Origin: Ascoidea asiatica JCM 7603
Taxonomy: Eukaryota > Fungi > Ascomycota
DNA length: 64,000 nucleotides
Reading direction: 5' to 3'
NCBI GenBank assembly: GCA_001600695.1
Contig: BCKQ01000001.1
Coordinates: 1,418,826 to 1,482,825, forward strand
The translations under genes were made by a program, and so were the position numbers. The notes under the pieces were generated by a model. The model was not told the DNA's origin. It was given only the letters and a program-made list of their open reading frames with translations, and did not search any database. How positions within the stretch are numbered: position 1 is the first letter of the stretch; each line of letters opens with the position of its first letter. Shown piece by piece: positions 59,409-64,000 of the stretch.

Positions 59409-61984
59409 GAATTAGAACTTAACATACCACTTATACTATTTGTGGAAAATGATGATGAAATATTTATATTTGAAAAATTTATTGTTGAATTATATTCTTT
59501 TTCAATATTTTCAAATCTATTTTTCCATGCATCTTTAAATTCATATAAAATTAAATCTAATTCTTCATTTTCTTTAACTGAAATTATTTCATTTGCTTTT
59601 TCAATAGAAATTGATTGATTATCATTATTATTATTATTATCTTTTTCTTCTTCTTCATTACTATCTGATTTTTGTAAAAAACTTAATAAATTATCAACAT
59701 TTTCACTTTTACTTGTATATTTTTCATTTAAATCTTCAACTTTAATTTTTAATTCATTAATTTTTTCTTCTTTTTCTAAATTTTCAATTCTTAAATTTGA
59801 AATAAATTTCTCTTTTTGTTTTAATTCATTTAAAAATTCATTATTTTTTTTAATTTCTTCTGATAATTTTTTTGAAATTTCTTCTTTTTCAATTTTAATT
59901 TGTTCTCGATTTTCAATTTCTAATTGTAAAAAATTAACTTGTTCATTTAATGATTTAATTTTTCTATATAATGTATCTGAATTTATCATTATTGTTGTTT
60001 TTTCAGTCTCTAATAATTGAACTTTATTATTTAATTCTTTATTATCAAATTCTAATTTAAAAATTTTTAAATTATTCTCTTTTGAAATTTCTAAATTTTC
60101 ATTATTTTGTTTTTTTGAATCTTTAATTTCTTTAAGATATTCTTGAATTAAATTTACATTGGTTTCATTTAAATCATTTAAACTTTCAATAGTTTCTTTA
60201 TTTAAATTTAATTCTTTATTTAATTCATTAATTTTAAATTCTAATTTTTCAATTTCTTCTTTTGAAAAATTATTTGATTTATTCTTATTTAAACTTTCAA
60301 TTGAATTTAAACTTGAAGATCTTGTTAAAGCAACAGAATCTGTTAAATTTGTTATTGGTGAATCTGGAATTCTTAATGAATTCATTTCACTATTCTCATC
60401 TCCATTTGATGATGCAATTTCTTCTTTATTTGAATCAACTTTTGTAATAATTTGAATTGATTTATCTGTTGTATTAATATTTTTAATTGGATTTTCCTTT
60501 ATTTCTAAAGGTTTTTCAATTTTATCCATTACAGGTTCTTTAATACTTTCTTTTGGTTCTTCTAATGTATTTTCCAAAATTTTTTCATCTTTTATTTCTA
60601 AGTCATAGATAGTTAAATCTTTAATAACGACTGAATCTACTTCTTTTGGGATAATAGGAATGGTAACTTTAGTAGATATTTCTATTTCTTTTGGTTTTTC
60701 TAATAAAGGTTCAGATGAAATTTCTAATGATTTTTCTAATGTCTTTTCTAATGGTTTTTCCAATGATTTCTCTAAAGGAGTTTCTGATTGTTTCTCTAAT
60801 GTTACCTGTAAATCTTTTTCTAAAAGTGTCTCTAATGGCGTATCTGTTGGTTTATCTGAATGTGTATCTGTTGATTTCTCTAATTGTTTTTCTGATTGTT
60901 TTTTTAATTGTTCCTCTAAGGGTGTTTTTGATGATTTTTTTAATAAATGTTGAGATTCCTGGTCTGAAGGTTTTTCCAAAGCATTTTCTAAAGTGTCAAA
61001 TGGTTTCTTTAAAATCTCCAATGGCTTCTCTGGTTCATTTTCTAATGATTTTTCTAAAGTCTTAATTAATGGTTTATTTAATGAGGTCTCTAATGGTTTT
61101 TCTAAAGTTTCTAAAGTCTTCAAAGTCTTTACAGTCTTTACAATCTTTTCTGATGGTTCTTCTGATTTCTTTTCTAATGAGGTTTCCAATGGAGTCTCTA
61201 ATGGAGTATCTAATGGAGTATCTAATGATGATTTATCTAAGATTTTTAAATCTTTAATTGGTACCATATTTTCTTTATTTAATTGATTATTATTATTATT
61301 ATTATTGATTAAATTTTTTTGAATTGAATCTTTAATTAAATTTTCTTCAGTTGAATTAATAAAACTTTCAATTGGATTATTCAAAGAATATTTTTTATTA
61401 TCAATTGATTGAATTGATTCATCTGATTTATTAATGTTATTAATGTTATTATTAATGTTGTTATTAAAGTTATTAAGAATTGGATTTGATTTAACTCTTT
61501 TTGCAGGAGGTTGATCAATTGGATCTTTTGCTAAATTTTTATTTAAATGATCATCTGAATTATTTTCAATACTTTCTTCAATTTTAGAATTAGGTTCTGA
61601 AATAGGTTCTGAAATAGGTTCTGAAATAGGTTCTGAAATAGGTTCTGAAATAGGTTCTGGAATAAGTTCTGGAATAGTTTTAATTTGAGCTTTTGTTTTT
61701 AAATCTTGTTTAATTTCTTTCTTTATTTCATTTTCTTCATTCTTCTTTTCAAGTTTTTGATTATTAATTATCTTTTCATTGGAATTATCAGTTAAAGTAT
61801 TATTATTATTATTATTAAAATTAATATTTTGTTTAACTTTTAATTTTGTATTTTGTAATAATAATTTATAATCATTTAATTTTTTATTTAAAGATTTAAT
61901 TTTAATTGATTGTATAATAATTAAAATTAAAAAAATAAAAGATAATAATGAAGTTATAATTAAAGGTATTAATAATGGTGACAT
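58778..61984 (-). CDS. Hypothetical membrane-anchored coiled-coil protein with tetrapeptide repeats
   Basis: Hydrophobic N-terminus (LLIPLIITSLLSFIFLILIII), EPIS x5, many LEK(P/S/T) repeats, long E/K/L heptad region, poly-N. Confidence 0.85.
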
Positions 61985-62171
61985 TTTTATATTTTATATT
62001 GTATATTGTATATTTTATATTATATATTATATATAAGATAATATAATTTTTTTTTGAATTTGATAAAAGAAAAAGGGGATTAATATTGTATATTTATATA
62101 TTAAATTTGAAATTGATATTGAAATTGAAATTGAAATTAATATTAATAGAGGATAAGATTATTTGATATAT

Positions 62172-62209
<38 letters not shown>

Positions 62210-63106
62210 TATATAAAGATAAATATATAATTATATAAAGATGAATATATTAAAAGGATTAATGAAAATAACAATTGTCAAGATAAATTGATATTAAATA
62301 AAAAATTTAAGGGATTAAATAATTGAATGATTAACTGACTGATTTATGGATAGATTGACAGAGTGATATTTAAAATGAATATAGGGAAATGATAATTATA
62401 TGATAATGATAATGATAATGATAATGAAAATGCAAATGAAAATGAAATTATGAATGAGATATTGAGTGAATAAGTCAAAAAGAGTTATTGAGTTGTAAAT
62501 AAAAGATGTGATATTTACCTTTATTAAAAAGAGTTATTGAATAATTTTAGTTAACTTCATTGAAGAAATATAACAAAAGGTGAAAAAACTTTTGAAATTA
62601 AATTAAATGAAATGTGTAGAGTAATAAAAATTGTTTGTTAAGTTACCAGATAGTTCTAAAGTAGAGAAAGTAGAGAAAGTGGGTATGTAATACGTAGACG
62701 AGTAAATAAATAAATAATATTCGTTTAAGCTATTTATTGTTTCTCTGAATAATTTTTAGACTTAGTAAAGAAAGAAAAAGAAGGAATATGAAATTGTAAA
62801 TGAAATGGTAAACGTAATTTTCATTATATTTTTTAAAATAAAGTCTTTTTTAGATTCTTTTTTGGATTCTTTTTTAGATTAATTTATTACTCCATTAAAA
62901 AATCAGAGATTTACTAAAACTATTAATCGTTAGTTTATTATCAAAATATGGATGGGAAATGTAGTCAATACCAGAGTAAATTACAACAAATTCAGTTTCA
63001 CGATTAAGTCAAAACACATTTTCATATGATTAAAATTGGAATTTGATCATTTAATACTCCATTGATGATTATCTACTTCAATACTTCAATACTTGATAAT
63101 AGACAA

Positions 63107-63205
63107 TTGATAATTGATAATTGATAATTGATAATTGATAATTGATAATTGATAATTGACAATAGATGAATATGTGAATTGAATTGAATTGAATTGAATT
63201 GAATG
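63107..63205. repeat. (TTGATAA)n and (GAATT)n microsatellites
   Basis: About 7 copies of TTGATAA followed by about 5 copies of GAATT. Confidence 0.88.
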
Positions 63206-63778
63206 AATTATTTATTCGAAGATTGATGATTGTTTTGAGATTGAATGAATTGATTTGAGTCCAGTTTCTTGGGCTGCCTGTAGATATGTACCATTGGAGT
63301 GGTTCAAGCAAAGCTCTTCCCATTCCAAATAAACAATCAAATTTTATTCCTCGATAACCTTTTGGGTTTATCAATTGAATAAGCATTTTTTATTCAAAGA
63401 CAATCAAGTAAAAGATTAAAGCAATTTTTCTTTTCGAGACACTTCTAAAATTTCAGTTCAACCATGAAATGAATTAAGCTTATTCTTAATAAATAACAAG
63501 TTCTTTATCTTCACTTGACAACATAGATATAATTAATATGAGAAATCGTTATCACTAGAGGTGTGGTGAAAAAAGTTTAAAAATATTCAAAACAGGAACA
63601 ATTACAAGACAATGATTTTCATGATAATAGTAGTATTAAAATTTACATATATAAAATCGGGGATTTCTGAATTTGGATTTAAAATCATCAATTTATTTTA
63701 AAAGCGATTTGATTTTTACAGGTATATTGTATATCATCTTTATTATCTATAGTATATTTGCTAAATTCTATTTTATAT

Positions 63779-64000
63779 TTATAATTTATTATCACTGGGA
63801 TCATCTATCGAATTGTCTTTGGAAGTGTCATTATTGATTGAACTATTTTTGATAGAACTAATAGAAGAATCATTAAGAGAGTTATTGGGCTTAATTATAG
63901 ATTTGTTTCTAGATTCATTGATTGAGTTATTTGATTCATTGACTGACTGATTTTCTAAATCATTTGCAAAACTATTACTTTTGCTGGTTGTTTGATATCT
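63779..64000 (-). CDS. 3' end of a CDS entering from the right edge (S/N-rich)
   Basis: Open frame from base 64000: RYQTTSKSNSFANDLENQSVNESNNS...DDPSDNKL, with TAA at 63781-63779. Confidence 0.55.
   Translation of the reverse strand, partial: RYQTTSKSNSFANDLENQSVNESNNSINESRNKSIIKPNNSLNDSSISSIKNSSINNDTSKDNSIDDPSDNKL

Noticed and set aside
60159-61286. Several + strand ORFs inside the 1068-aa gene
   Set aside because: Antisense shadows of the 12-bp coding repeats.

Overview
Eukaryotic DNA: a very AT-rich budding-yeast (Saccharomycotina) chromosome segment with few introns and Asn-rich proteins. It resembles an Ascoidea-type mycelial yeast, which is an inference only. Recognisable genes are ECM32-like SF1 helicase, EFM2, RPL7 (2 introns, one hosting a box C/D snoRNA), PSF2, ARG2, SRP72, COQ8, CDC14, RPL40 (1 intron), YTP1, an F-box gene, a SOU1-like short-chain dehydrogenase and RPC82. 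Less usual content: (i) a Medusa/MedA-like developmental regulator preceded by a ~9.5 kb ORF-free region with GC islands and a dense TGYRCA cluster; (ii) a gene with a filamentous-fungus-type ubiquitin-like domain whose upstream region has a perfect TGTACA-based 16-bp inverted repeat; (iii) a spliced ~1250-aa RCR-like single-pass membrane protein; (iv) a ~2.2 kb decayed gene ending in an integrase-Zn-finger-like motif; (v) CTG codons in Ser-like contexts, hinting at CUG reassignment; (vi) sharp GC islands at promoters, one of which extends into the ARG2 3' coding end. I found no tRNA, rRNA, CRISPR or intact transposon. Family assignments come from motif recall, not database searches.
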